From: Camelus dromedarius
Taxonomy: Eukaryota
NCBI RefSeq assembly: GCF_036321535.1
Contig: NC_087439.1
Coordinates: forward strand, 41,664,001 to 41,728,000
Direction: 5' to 3'
Length of the DNA stretch: 64,000 bases
Shown here: piece after piece, positions 39,341 to 51,495 of the stretch
Position numbering within the stretch: the first letter of the stretch is position 1
Layout: every line of letters starts with the position of its first letter
The notes under the pieces: generated by a model
The model's database searches: none
Told to the model about the DNA's origin: nothing
What the model saw: only the letters and a program-made list of their open reading frames with translations
Translations under genes and position numbers: made by a program

Positions 39341-41524
39341 TTTAAACAGCCAAATAAAATCTGGTCAACCTTATTTAATCCAACAATTTTGAAAAACAAA
39401 TATTCTTTATTTTATTTTTAACTCAGGTTGTGACTATAGTTTATACCTACCAACCTCTGTGTGTTCTAGGCAGGGCACATGAAAGAGGAAAGAATTGGGT
39501 TTAAAATTTATTTAGCTGTCCAGTACTATTAACTTTATAAATACAACCATTACCAGTTAGCACATTCTGAATACAGAAGTAAAAACAATGCAGGCAAAGA
39601 AGGAGATCCTGTGAAGATTCTTGNNNNNNNNNNNNNNNNNNNNNNNNNNNNNNNNNNNNNNNNNNNNNNNNNNNNNNNNNNNNNNNNNNNNNNNNNNNNN
39701 NNNNNNNNNNNNNNNNNNNNNNNNNNNNNNNNNNNNNNNNNNNNNNNNNNNNNNNNNNNNNNNAAAACTTTGAAGTTTTTTTTGCATTCACTTGAGCCAT
39801 ACTGCTTCCATACAAATCTCAGTAGCATGTACCTAGTAAGTTCATGGTCTGGATATGTCAGTGTATATAGAAAAATGCATTTGTGTAAATGCAATTCAAA
39901 TCAAGTTTAGATAGTTAAAGTGTAAATAGAGTAACGTAAAAACAAATCATTGAAGGACATGCGGTTGGTGTACTTGAAGAGATGGTGTTAGACTTCAAAG
40001 GAATCTTTAAGGATTTTTCAAAAATTAATTTCCTGCTTTTTGATTACGAGTCTGTCTTTGTCATCACTTGAAACTAGAGACCATATTGTAAGCTTGGAAA
40101 AGATTTTAGGGCAAACATGTTGTACTCAGTCTAGCAATATGGAACATAATCTAAAATCTACAAATAACTGTTGTCATCTCAAAATCATATGTGTGGGTTT
40201 TAAGTGGTGTTATCACTATGCATGTCTTTCTCCTGAACTTCTAGTGTCTGAAATAGAAAGAAAAAGAAAATTACCTAAACATATAGAAGGAAAATATTGA
40301 AAATAATTGAGTATTCAAAACAATCATGTTTCTTTCTTTATTTTAACCTGGCATTTCTTAAGAAACAATCAGAACAAATGATTAAATTTTTATCACCTAT
40401 TCTGTAATTTAAATAGAATTGTATTAATTTTATTGAAAAGTATAAGGATGTTAAAATTGTAAAATTGTAAAATTGTAAAATCGTGAATTTAAGGTCTTAT
40501 TTCTATTCCATATTGTTAGACACATGGCAATGTTATAGTAATACTTTGTCCAGAACAGTTGGAAAATAATCTGTACTAAATTAACCAATTTTCTAAGTAA
40601 GTAAAGTTTATAACTGAAACGGCCAGTTTTTTTTTTTTTTTTAATGTTAATTGCTTTCACAGAAGCAAAATATAGTACATATCATTCTGCCTTGTTGAGC
40701 AAAGTGGAAATCAGTTTAGGCTTTTCTTCTTGGCATAAAAATCATTATTTCCACCATTACATTGACTTACTGCAAAAGATAAGACTGTTCCCCAACTGTG
40801 CCCCAACACTGAATGGTGTTACTATTTATGTTTTTTCATATAATTTTATATGCTTTTTTATATACTTGATAGCCTATTTTAAAATTTACTTTCTTTTCTC
40901 ATGTTAATATTTATTATTTTAATACAGTTAATAATTGCTTCTTACCTGAGAGCAGTTCAAAAATCAAATTTTTGCACTTTGTTTTACATTAAATTCTAAA
41001 TCATATAGACTTTGGTGGGCAAAGGGAGAGAGATAAATATCCCTCTATGCTTCTCCTATGTACTGAACTTGTGACAATGCATATATGTAGTATACTGAGC
41101 ATAGAAACATAGAAAATCAACAAAATTTGTCTTTGTTTTTTTATGTTCAGGATATTGAAAATCATGTTTGAACTCCAGGTAAATGAGAAGTTGGTTCTTG
41201 TTGCTATAATGAGAATCTGTCATATTAAACCATAGATAGAAATTTGAAAATACTTTGTCTAATATGGAAATGAGGAGTCTATAGCAGGTATACCAAGGAA
41301 AATACACAGAGCAATTGTTTTGATGACATTTGACTAATCTTTTGGTGTCATATAGCTATTCTTGCCAATTTCAGGAGTTCCAGTCTATTTCATTTCTAAA
41401 TCCTGAGGCTTTGAGATACATCACCTTCCACTACCACGCTAGCTAGGAAGAGTTGTTACTCGGGCAATCCCTTGTCTCCATGCAAGTTTATGAATCCACA
41501 TATTCATTTAGAAATGCATTTAGT

Positions 41525-41577
41525 CATGTGTGTGTGTGTGCGTGCACGTGTGCGCACGTGTATGCATGTGTGCACAC
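41525..41577. repeat. 53-nt strictly alternating purine-pyrimidine tract (TG/CG/CA)
   Basis: catgtgtgtgtgtgtgcgtgcacgtgtgcgcacgtgtatgcatgtgtgcacac. Confidence 0.9.
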
Positions 41578-42044
41578 CTTACGTTCTCCCCAATCACATA
41601 CAAGTAAGTAAGACAAGGGAGCCATCAATCCTCACTTCTTTGAAAATTCATTAGTATAATGCACATGTTAAGATACACAAAGTGACTAATACCACACCGG
41701 CTAATAATACGTTCTCATACCTTCTGAAGCTCTTTGAGAGTGAAGGAATGTCGGTTCTCATTTCGTAAGAATTAGAATAGTCCAAAGTACTGAAAAAATA
41801 GTCCAAATAGTCCATATTGTTTTCTCTTGCCCATTAGCATTTTAAAAGGCCAGAAAACTACTTTAACAAACCAGAGTAACTTTGTTTAATACAATAAAAC
41901 CTTGTAAATTTAGGGAAATTCATGAGCAACTGAAAAACCAGGAAAATATTGTGTATCATTTTCTTGATAGGTAAATGCTTTTATTACGTAGTTTATTGAG
42001 TGTGTGAGTTCAAGCTATATCATGGAGTATGGAAAGGCTGAATA

Positions 42045-42270
42045 GGACAGTGGTTTGGAGCTTACACTCAAGTTCCAACCCTGGTGTCACTTTAAGACAT
42101 AGTCTGCCACTTATAATCCATGTGGCCTTGGTCATTGTACTTGAAAACTCTAAGCCTCATCTTTATCTATACAGTGGGATAACTGTTCCTATATAAAGGG
42201 TTTCTATGAAAATGAAATGGCATGTTGCATGACTGGCATAAAATAAGAGCATTAAAAGTGGTAACTAATA
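42045..42270 (+). mobile_element. MIR SINE
   Basis: ctgccacttataatccatgtggccttggtcattgtacttgaaaactctaagcctcatcttt...gactggcataaaataagagcattaaaagtgg. Confidence 0.75.
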
Positions 42271-44439
42271 TTACTGTTTTTCAACCCACAAGAGTTGATT
42301 CCCTGGTACTGGTAAGACAAGTTCAGCTTAAGCTTAGAGTTATAGATAATCACAATCTTAAATTTCAATGGATGAGGAAGAGATATGTTTTCCAAAAATA
42401 GAAACCCAGTAGGAGTTTATTGGAGGTCATCCCTAGGAAGTACAGAGCAGCTGATATCTTACATTCAAATGGTACAAGTAGAGAAGGCAGTCACCATAGT
42501 CATTAAGGTTCAAACTCTATGTGTCTTCATAGATACCTTAAACCTTTCTAACTAGAAGCACAATCCTCACATATGATGTGGTAATATGCATTTTTCTGGG
42601 CTGTCTTATTTTATACCCTTTGTTGCTTCAAAATTTTTCAGCTTTGGGCTTTTGCCCATAAGATAGTAGATATCTTTTCATTTCCATGTTGACTTTGTAC
42701 AGTGATGGCATTAGTTATTCATCTTTGCTCCGTCCAGAGTTCTGGTCTCATTTACAGACTACGGACTTGTCAATAACAGAGGGAGCCTGGCACATGTTAG
42801 GTGCCCAAGAAATGTCTGCTGAGCCAGTGCTGTCATTGGAGCATGAGAGCCCAATTCTATCCAATGACTTAAAAGTGCTAATTTGAATCATGAAACAATC
42901 TCTATTCACACACTTTTCTATTTGAAGCTTCATCTGATCAGAATAATGTTTAGCTATATTGCATCAAATGATTGTCTTTAGATTTAAATTTCAGAAGAAA
43001 TTTAGAAAATATATCTCCTTTCTTTTTTTTTACTTAAACATTACTTTAATAGTAGCATGCCTAGAAGTGCTTTGTGATGAATATACATTGGTAACAATTG
43101 TTGATGGGGAGGAATATTATGACTCTCTGCTTTTGTGAAACTTGTTTGAATGATGAAGCTCTTCTAAGTAGTGGGTTTCCATATTTTAAACGATTGTATG
43201 AGTTTGGTGTGATGTATTTCTATTGTGAATCAGTTTTAATTTATGCCAGTATAACCTTCACTGAGACTTGAAAACCCAGGTATTTAATCTTACTCTCTAA
43301 ATTATTTTTACTAATTGCTGCTTAATGCATTGTCAGCTGCAGTTTGAGTAACTATTGTTCTCTGCCTTAGATAGTAAAAATCTATATCTTGTCTAAGGTA
43401 GTGATTCATTTTAAAGAACGTCCAAAGTACTTTTTTATACTTATTCTAATTTTTTAAATCTTCTTTATTTTTTGCACACTGTCTTTGTCAGAATCCCAGT
43501 GCTTGTATGAGTTTGGTCCTGAAACTTGGCCATATTTTATTCTGATGTCCACTTTAGGGTACTTTCTGAGGGAAGTATTTTTAAAAGATCCTTTCCCTTC
43601 AGACTATTCTGATGATACTTCTGAAGGAAAAAGATGTCATATCTCTTAAATATCCTTTGATCTGCACTGGCTAGTCTACTTTATTATTTAATCAGAAACT
43701 TTCTAAAAGACTGAAACTTCTTAAGTGCTAAGGAGAAAAAAAAAATGTTCTCTTTCAGTGCTGCAGTAATAATTCTAAATTCTTCCACGTCTACGTGATC
43801 TTTTTTTTTCCCTTAATGTGGTTAAGTGTTGCCAGTCGTCCAAGAAATTAGGCTAAGTACTGCTCTTCAGTCTTAACAGCAAGCATATAAAATAAATTTT
43901 TCATTGGTACTTTTGTTGTTGGGGTAGGAAAATAGGCTTACAACAGGCACTTGATCAATTTTCAACAGTTTAAAAAGCCTCGTCATGTTCTTGGTTGGTT
44001 TTCCCTGCTCTTGCTAACTGAAAAGAAAGCGTCCTGAAAGTTAACTTTAGAGAAGGGCTTTTGAATTCAGCCCATATGTGTTCTATTATATCATGTTGCC
44101 AAATAACAGGTAATGAACAATGTTTAGGGTTAAGAGGCATTAAAAACCAGGTTCTGACTATCTTATATGGATGCTAATCCCAATGGCAGGTATTACAGAA
44201 AGCTCCTTGGGGTCTCTCCAGCCAGACATTGTCATAAAGAACCCCTTCACCATTAGTAAGTAGAGTAGCCTTCCATCCCTTTATCAGCAAGGCATAAATC
44301 AATTTAGCCACTGCAGGCAGTTTGCACACAGTGAGGAAAGAAGGTATGGACAGTCAGAGACACCTGCCTTTGATGGATGCCAGGATTTTTATCATTTACT
44401 CCCTGGTAGTGGGGACTGCATTGCATTAGAGTCTTTTCT

Positions 44440-44560
44440 TACTAGTTATGCCCTGTGCCTTATTTTGATAGAGGTGGAAACTGAGACCCAGGGAGTTAAT
44501 CCTCTTACTCAGAATTAGACCACTTGTTAGTAGCTGATCCAGGAATAGGCTCCAAAGTGA
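44440..44560 (-). mobile_element. MIR SINE
   Basis: ttttgatagaggtggaaactgagacccagggagttaa. Confidence 0.75.
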
Positions 44561-44779
44561 TGACCATTCATTTACTGAGCAGGCACTGGAGTCCATATTC
44601 ATTCAGTCCAGGAAGAACCTTACAGTCAAGTGTGAGAACTGTCAGGAAAACCAGTAACTCTGATGTACTGTAGTAAGTACTGCTAAATGCATCTTCTGGG
44701 TGCTGTGAATGCAGAGAGGTCACTGGACCCAATGGGCTGCTGGTCAGGGGATAGTTCTCAGAGAAAGTTTGGCTCCAGC

Positions 44780-44915
44780 CTCTTGGGCAAATGATCTAGA
44801 TTTCTGAAACCTCAGTTTCCTTTATTAAAACTACTTTGCAAGATTTGGGAAAAGATTACAGAGAATAAGTACAAAGTATCTGGCCCATAGTAGGTGCTCA
44901 CCAAGTGGTATTATT
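44780..44915 (+). mobile_element. MIR SINE
   Basis: ttgggcaaatga...ctgaaacctcagtttcc...ctggcccatagtaggtgctcaccaagtggtattatt. Confidence 0.8.
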
Positions 44916-45855
44916 ATAAAAGGAGCAAGGCAATCTTAACTACATTTTAGGAAGGACAGACACTGTTTTGGGAATGTGTATCTCAACTTAGAACTGTTCT
45001 AGTCAAGTATTCTACCAACCCATAAAGTTAAAGACAAAGCCGGTTTTGAGTAGTTGTTGTAGAGTAGTGTGTCGCAGCCAAGAGAATACTGAAGAAAGGA
45101 ACCCTTAAAATCAATAAGGAATGTCCACGGGAGATGCACTAGGCCCTGTGGCACACGTGGGAGAAGAACCTAGGGGAGCCAGGAAGCACCCTGCCCTAGG
45201 AAGTTCATGACCCTGGTATAAGGGAACAGGAGGCAACGGATGTACAAACTTCTTTGATACTTTGAACTGATGTGTTCACAGTGAATCATTTCTTCAAGTT
45301 CTGGATATCCACCAAAGCTGAGGAAATGGTGTGTCACCAGAGCAGAAGTTCTTTACCAGGGAGTCCATGGATAAACGGCATGCATTTGTACTTACGCACA
45401 ATTTTTTTCAGGGGAAAGTTTTCATCTTTTTCATCAAATTCTCAAACTGCAAATCATCAAGCTGTAATGTGAAATCCAAGGCAAATAAAGCAGCTCAGAC
45501 CTTTAACTCAAGGTCACAGGCAATTCTGGCACAGGGAATTCATACATAATAGGAGAACCCTACAATCATTTCTCCAACAAAAATATTCATTTGACAGGAG
45601 TGCTCCCAGCGTTTTTGGCTTAAGCAGACACCTGGACAAGAGAAGTACATTTGGCCAACTTGTGCTTCTTGAATTGGCAAGCCACCAGCAGCATTTTTCA
45701 CACTGGTGGTACCCCATGGAAACACCTTGCAGAATTTTACTTTGTGAATTCATTGCCAAATCCCTATCTTCTTGGCAGCCGATATGTTAATTTCTTGCCA
45801 AATGGATTAAGGCAGAAATGGTCCTCCTCGTGTTGTGGAAGAAGATATCCCCCTT

Positions 45856-45857
<2 letters not shown>

Positions 45858-45890
<33 letters not shown>
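45858..45890. repeat. T33 homopolymer
   Basis: 33 consecutive T counted. Confidence 0.95.
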
Positions 45891-45891
<1 letters not shown>

Positions 45892-47386
45892 GAGAAATGC
45901 ATAAGCATTCTGAGAATGTGGGCATGGTAAGTGTTCAGTGCATTAAACTCTGATGCCAGCTCCTTCAGACAATAGCTGTCTCATTTAGCAGAGACTTTAG
46001 CCTGTGGTCAGTGTTTGGTTAACATAATAGTGTACACGCAGGAGCGGTGTGAGTGTTAGGGCAGAACATCCCAGATTGCTCAAATTCATGCTGTGAAAAA
46101 ATTGAGAATGAAGAGGATTTGATACTAACTCATTTAAAATTGTATCCTGATAGAAATGCTTCTGGATAACTAAAGATATACTACCAAAAGAACATCACAG
46201 TATGATGTTTTAGCTAAGCCCTCTTTTCTTAAATATTGGAATAAAACCTACACACCATCAATTGAGCAACTGTCCTCTTCATCCTCTATCTGGCCCTGTA
46301 GACAATCTGGTTGATGTAGTGTGACATTGTGAATAATCTTGCTTTTGCCAGCTAAGCTTTTCCCACCTGCTATCACAGATGAGCCACACGCCAGTGTTTT
46401 CATCAACCTATTTGCAATGCTTCTCATCTCATCATTTGAATTTGGTGAAGCAACCAGAAGAAACATCAGAATTGCTTTCCATTCTGCATGATAGTAAAGA
46501 AGAATAAGCTTCTTTTTCTGTGCAACTTAATCTTGACACTGGTGTTTCCTGGGCTCGGAGCCCGTTGCTGACTGCAGCAAGCAGCCTGAGCTTATCATTT
46601 CGTTGGGAGAGAAGTTTATCATAGTTTCTTAGCTTTTTGTACTTGCTGGAAGAATTTGATGAGGACACAAAATAAATGATTTTGTTCCTTGACAAGTAAT
46701 GAAGAACTGTCCTTCATGTCAGGTCGTAATGCAAGTTAACATGCACCTTTGATGTATGCCACATCACCAAGGCAGAAGAGTCTTTGTTAATGACCTTTGC
46801 AGTTGAAGGTTACTTTCATTTTGATTAACTACAAAACTAGCAAGCAAGCAATCCAAAGAATATACCCAGACTCCCAGGTAAAAGTGAATAGAGGGGCTCT
46901 AGATACTCACCTTTGTTCTAGAGAGAGGACCATGGAAATCCCTTGGTGCAGGCAGCCTCCATGGAATAAGCCTGCCAGGTCAAATGAACCAGGAACTCGC
47001 AGCTCACCACCTGCTCTTTCATCAGGCCAGAGAAGAGACAGTATCTCACCAAAAAGACCTCCGCATTACCATATAAGGAAATTCTTGCCATGCCAGAATT
47101 ACTTCCTTTTAAATTCATTTCTTCCTGCATCAGTGATAGACCACGCCAGTCCTTAACTGATTAACCATCTCCCATCCCTTCACCTTTTTCCCAATTGTTG
47201 GATAAACTCATGAGTCACCCTAATGACCTTACATATTTTATTTACTGGGTTTCATCTGAATGATAAAGCACAGGAATATTCATGTATGGTAGTTCTGGTT
47301 GGTAGGTGGCATTTTTGTGTGTGTATAGATGTTTTTGTTGATTTCATCCTCATTTTGCTTTCTCACCAAGGGCCAAGAGCACCAGT

Positions 47387-47544
47387 TAGGTGTATCAGAA
47401 GAAATGCAGAATGCCCAGTTAAATTTACATTTCAGATAAGTAACAAATAATAAGTAAAATTATATCCCAAATGTTATTTTTTAAGCTAAACTTTGAATGT
47501 AACTGGGTGCCCTCTGTTTTGATTGGCTAAATCTGACAACCCTA
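47387..47544. mobile_element. MER53 palindromic hAT MITE (centrally degraded)
   Basis: tagg...gcagaatgcccagttaaatttacatttcagataa...tttgaatgtaactgggtgccctctgttttgattggctaaatctgacaacccta, with the MER53 arms and termini. Confidence 0.85.
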
Positions 47545-48379
47545 AAATGATTCTTCTGCAAATCAGACAACTTGCTCCTTAGAAGGAGATTGATGATATT
47601 CTTAAGGAATATTTTTCTGTGGTCATTTCCTTACAATACATAGCAAAACTTTAGGAAATAGGGACCAGAGTGTAAGAAGAAATAGGGATTAAATGTTAGA
47701 TGAATATAAATGGGATAGTAGGTATAAATGAGTTACCTAGGAAAGCTGTGAAATTTTTAAGTTGTCATAAGAGGGTGATATGAACAAGATTCCAACAAAT
47801 AACCAAAGTTTAGCTTCAGTTGTTCTTCCAAGGGCATTAAAATGTATGTTTTTATCAACCTCCTGATTTGGCATTCTTAGCCAAGCTTTCCCACTTGTCT
47901 TCACCCTATATCCTCTGGCTCCCGATACTTTTTCTAGCAATATATTAAATAAAATAATTTTAAGTATAACCACAGAAAATCTAATGTAGTTTTATCAGTA
48001 TCTTTTTTGAGGACAAAGATGGAAACATTTATACTTTTCTACTACTTTTTTATTAAATGTGCTCAGAGGCTTCTGAGCAATGGTTACATCTGACACAAAT
48101 ATGAAATAAATAGTGTATGTTAATTAAAAATAACATATCCAGGATCACAAGATATTTATTAGAGTTTTAAAATAAAGTAGTTCTTAATTGAATTGGGCAA
48201 TATAAAGGGCACTTGGGTATAGAGACAGAGGAATCCCAAGCTGAGAAGCTGGCCAAAGGGTGAGTTCACAGACTATGTTAATAAATGAGAAAATTAGATT
48301 AATCAGTGTAGACAGGGAGAGAATATTGGCTTTGGAATGCAGGTGAACTTACTGAAGCCTCTGAGTGACATTCTCTGCA

Positions 48380-48750
48380 ATGATACCTAATTAGGTGGCT
48401 CCTTGCCTAGTGGCCATGTAGTCGAATGGTCTAGGGGTGACACCTGACCCAAGATGGACTGAAAGGTTACAAACCCCTTGGAACATTAAACTTGAACTGA
48501 GAGACGTAGAAGTTGCTAGACTTAAAACTAGTAACAGTGGTGCTCTAAAAATATAAAAATAAAAAAATAAAAGAGCAAGAAATTTCCACAGCCATAATCC
48601 TAGAAGCTATCCTTATTCCTGCAGTTCTTCAATTTTGCATTTCAGCTCTGTCTTAGATTGCATGAACTAGTTCAGGATTTTTCCAACAGATGTCTTTGTG
48701 CTTAAGTTAGCTAGAATTGGCTTCTGGGTTTCTTGCAAACCAAAAAAATT
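48380..48750 (+). mobile_element. Old MaLR/ERVL LTR (MLT1J-L/LTR16-like)
   Basis: ggggtgacacctgacccaagatggactg and 3' end ttgtgcttaagttagctagaattggcttctgggtttcttgcaaaccaaaa. Confidence 0.6.
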
Positions 48751-48774
48751 GTATGACGTTTTGAGGTCAATTTC

Positions 48775-49520
48775 ATCTCATTTTGATTCTCATTCAATCA
48801 AATATGCCAGATATTTTGTTAGGAGAAATAGAGTGATGAATGAGATGAACATGATTTCTGCTTTTTGGAGCGTTTAGTCTGTCAGAGAAAACAGACACTG
48901 ACAAAGCAATTAAAGTATGGAAATGTAAGGGTTTCATTCATTCTTCAAACAAATACTTATTGAGCACTTAGATATAAAGCATTGTTCTAGACCCTTGGAA
49001 CATCAGTAAAGAAAACAAAGATCCCTGCCCTTGTATCTTTCAGCAGGGGATGAAAAAATAAATAGTAAACCTAAAAATACATAAATAAATAATAAAGATT
49101 TAGAATGTGGTAAGTCCTATGGGAAAAGAAATTTAAAAGTAGAAGGAACAGTATGTATATCAAAAGGCTTAGACGCCAGAGAGGAAATGGGTTGGAGAAA
49201 CTGAAGGATTGTTAGAGCTGAAATATTGGTTAACAAGGCCAGTGGCTCAAAATGAAGATGAAGAAGTTAGCCAGAATAGATTGTTAGGGACTTTATAAGC
49301 CATTTGGAGAATTTTGAACTGAATCCTAAGGCCATCCAAAGTCACTTAAGAGTTTTAAGCTATAGACTGACATGATCACATTTGCATTTTAAATTTATCA
49401 TTCTCCTTCCAACCTGGAAAACACATAGAAAGCAAGCAGTAGTGGTTGAGAGATAATAATTAGGAGGTGGTTGTCCTAGTCCAAGTGAGAAATGGTGATG
49501 CTCTTGCCTAGCATGTGTTT
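48775..49520 (-). mobile_element. L2 3' fragments (two tails in tandem)
   Basis: ctcattcaatcaaatatgccag... and ttcattcattcttcaaacaaatacttattgagcacttag...gttctagacccttggaacatcagtaaag. Confidence 0.8.
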
Positions 49521-50084
49521 CATGAGTGGGAAAATGGTAGCTGGGTTAAGATGGCTCTGTTAATGAGACTTAGATTTTCTGCTTCTCATATTTAGAGTAA
49601 ATTAATGCCTGTCCAGATTTATCTTCTGTTCTTTGAGATTTGATGCTGTATGAAGCCAGTTTGAAATGTTGACCACTTTTTCATTGGCTTAGGATCTACC
49701 AAGTTTAATTATGCCTCATCTTTAGGAACAAAAATATATTAAGTGGCTATTTAAGGAACTCTAGCAGCCATAGGACAAATGTTAATTCTACTCACTTGCA
49801 TCTGTAACTAGCTAGTCAAATATTGTTGCCCTCAGATTCAAAAAGAAGCAATACTGGGTACAAGCAAACCAAGTATATACAACCCCTTATATAACAGGGT
49901 CTTCTCCCTAAATTCTTGCATTCTTTTCTTCCCTCGTGAGCTAGTATAGATGATATAGGAGAAAACCACATGCTCCCTTTACAACTTTACTATTGGGTCC
50001 CGATCACAGTTTATATACTGGCAAGCAATGGGTCATTTGGCCCTCATAATCTGTTATGATATCTTGTTATGTTTACATAATATT

Positions 50085-50174
50085 TTTTAAAGGCAGTGAA
50101 ACTAGACAAGTGTTATGCTTGGTTGCTGCACAAGCAAGTTAGCATTTAACTAGTTTCATGGCTATATGTTAAGG
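50085..50174 (+). ncRNA. Candidate pri-miRNA-like hairpin (unvalidated)
   Basis: Manual folding gives ~33 bp of stem with a 9-nt loop; see findings. Confidence 0.3.
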
Positions 50175-51302
50175 TTATGCCCCCTGTAATTATTTGAATT
50201 TTTAATTTTCAGCATACAAACTAATACCACCTTGAACAGTCAGTTCTTTCCTTCTTTTGACCTGGGTCTAGCTCAGGCTCTTTCAGCCCTAAAGATGTAG
50301 ATGGAAATTACAGCCAACCTTCAGCTCCATGGCTTCCAGTCTTGCCAGTACGAATGTAGTAACAAAAGGAAAAAGAGACTACTGAATTCCCTTATCATCC
50401 CTCCAAAAGTTTCCCCCCCTCATTCCTGAGGCAGTGAGAGAGGAAGAGAAGAGAACCAAGTACCACCTTTCACCATGTTGGAACATAATTACCTTTAGTC
50501 CAATTGAGTGTCCTTGATTCTTGAGGAATCTGCCTTTCCTAAGGAAGCTGGAGAAGATCAGATAAGAAAGTGGAGCTCAAGGACATGGTTTTGAACTGTT
50601 CCCATTGCAATATCTTGTTATAAAAACATACTTTTTNNNNNNNNNNNNNNNNNNNNNNNNNNNNNNNNNNNNNNNNNNNNNNNNNNNNNNNNNNNNNNNN
50701 NNNNNNNNNNNNNNNNNNNNNNNNNNNNNNNNNNNNNNNNNNNNNNNNNNNNNNNNNNNNNNNNNNNNAAATATCTTTTTTTTCTCTCCATCCTACTCAG
50801 ATATGCATGAACATTTTATGCATTTCACACTCTTTAAGATGGAGAAAAATAATGTGCTAATCTGAATAGTGGTAAAATCAGTGTCAGAGTAGAGATTTGA
50901 TTCTCAAAAGAGTGGACAGCATAGTATCTTATTGCTATCAGTTATCTCCATTGTTAATAAAAGTCATGAAAAAGACATGAATTAGTAAAACAAAGCAGAA
51001 CAAGAATCTGGGGCTATTATCATTTTCATGGAGCCCAGCATAGTGGATGTTAGCTCCTTGAGGGCAAGTAACACATTCTACTCCCTTTTGTATCCCTTAC
51101 TCCAAATTGAAATTAATGATACTTAAGAGACATCTATTATGATACTTAATTTTACAAAAAATCACACCAGAGATGGACAAAGAAGATTTTGACTGGGAAT
51201 TGAGTGTTGGGTTATATAACTCTTCAGGGCTGGTGTATGGACACACCCAAGGAAGGAAAAGTCCAAGGAGGGAGCTGCTGGAGAACAGAATAGAAATTAG
51301 AC

Positions 51303-51495
51303 AAGTGGTCCTCCAATTTGAGTATGCATCAGAAGCACCTGGAGGGCTTTGTAAAGCCCAGAGTGCTAGGTCCTACCCCCTGGGAGTTTCTGACTCAGTA
51401 GATCTGGAATGGGGCCTGAGACTTTGCATTTCTAACCATTTCCCTCCCAGCTGATACTGATGCTGCTAACCCAAGTAGCTGACTGAAAACTACTG
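51303..51495 (+). mobile_element. MER5A hAT-Charlie DNA transposon
   Basis: agtggtcctccaatttgagtatgcatcagaagcacctggagggc...tttctgactcagtagatctggaatggggcctgagactttgcatttctaac...gaaaactactg is near full length. Confidence 0.92.

Noticed and set aside
45858-46700. Processed pseudogene on the minus strand ending in the T33 run
   Set aside because: There is no AATAAA/ATTAAA close to the A-run on the minus strand, no TSD found and no recognised parent protein. The region is kept only as an unexplained coding-like stretch.
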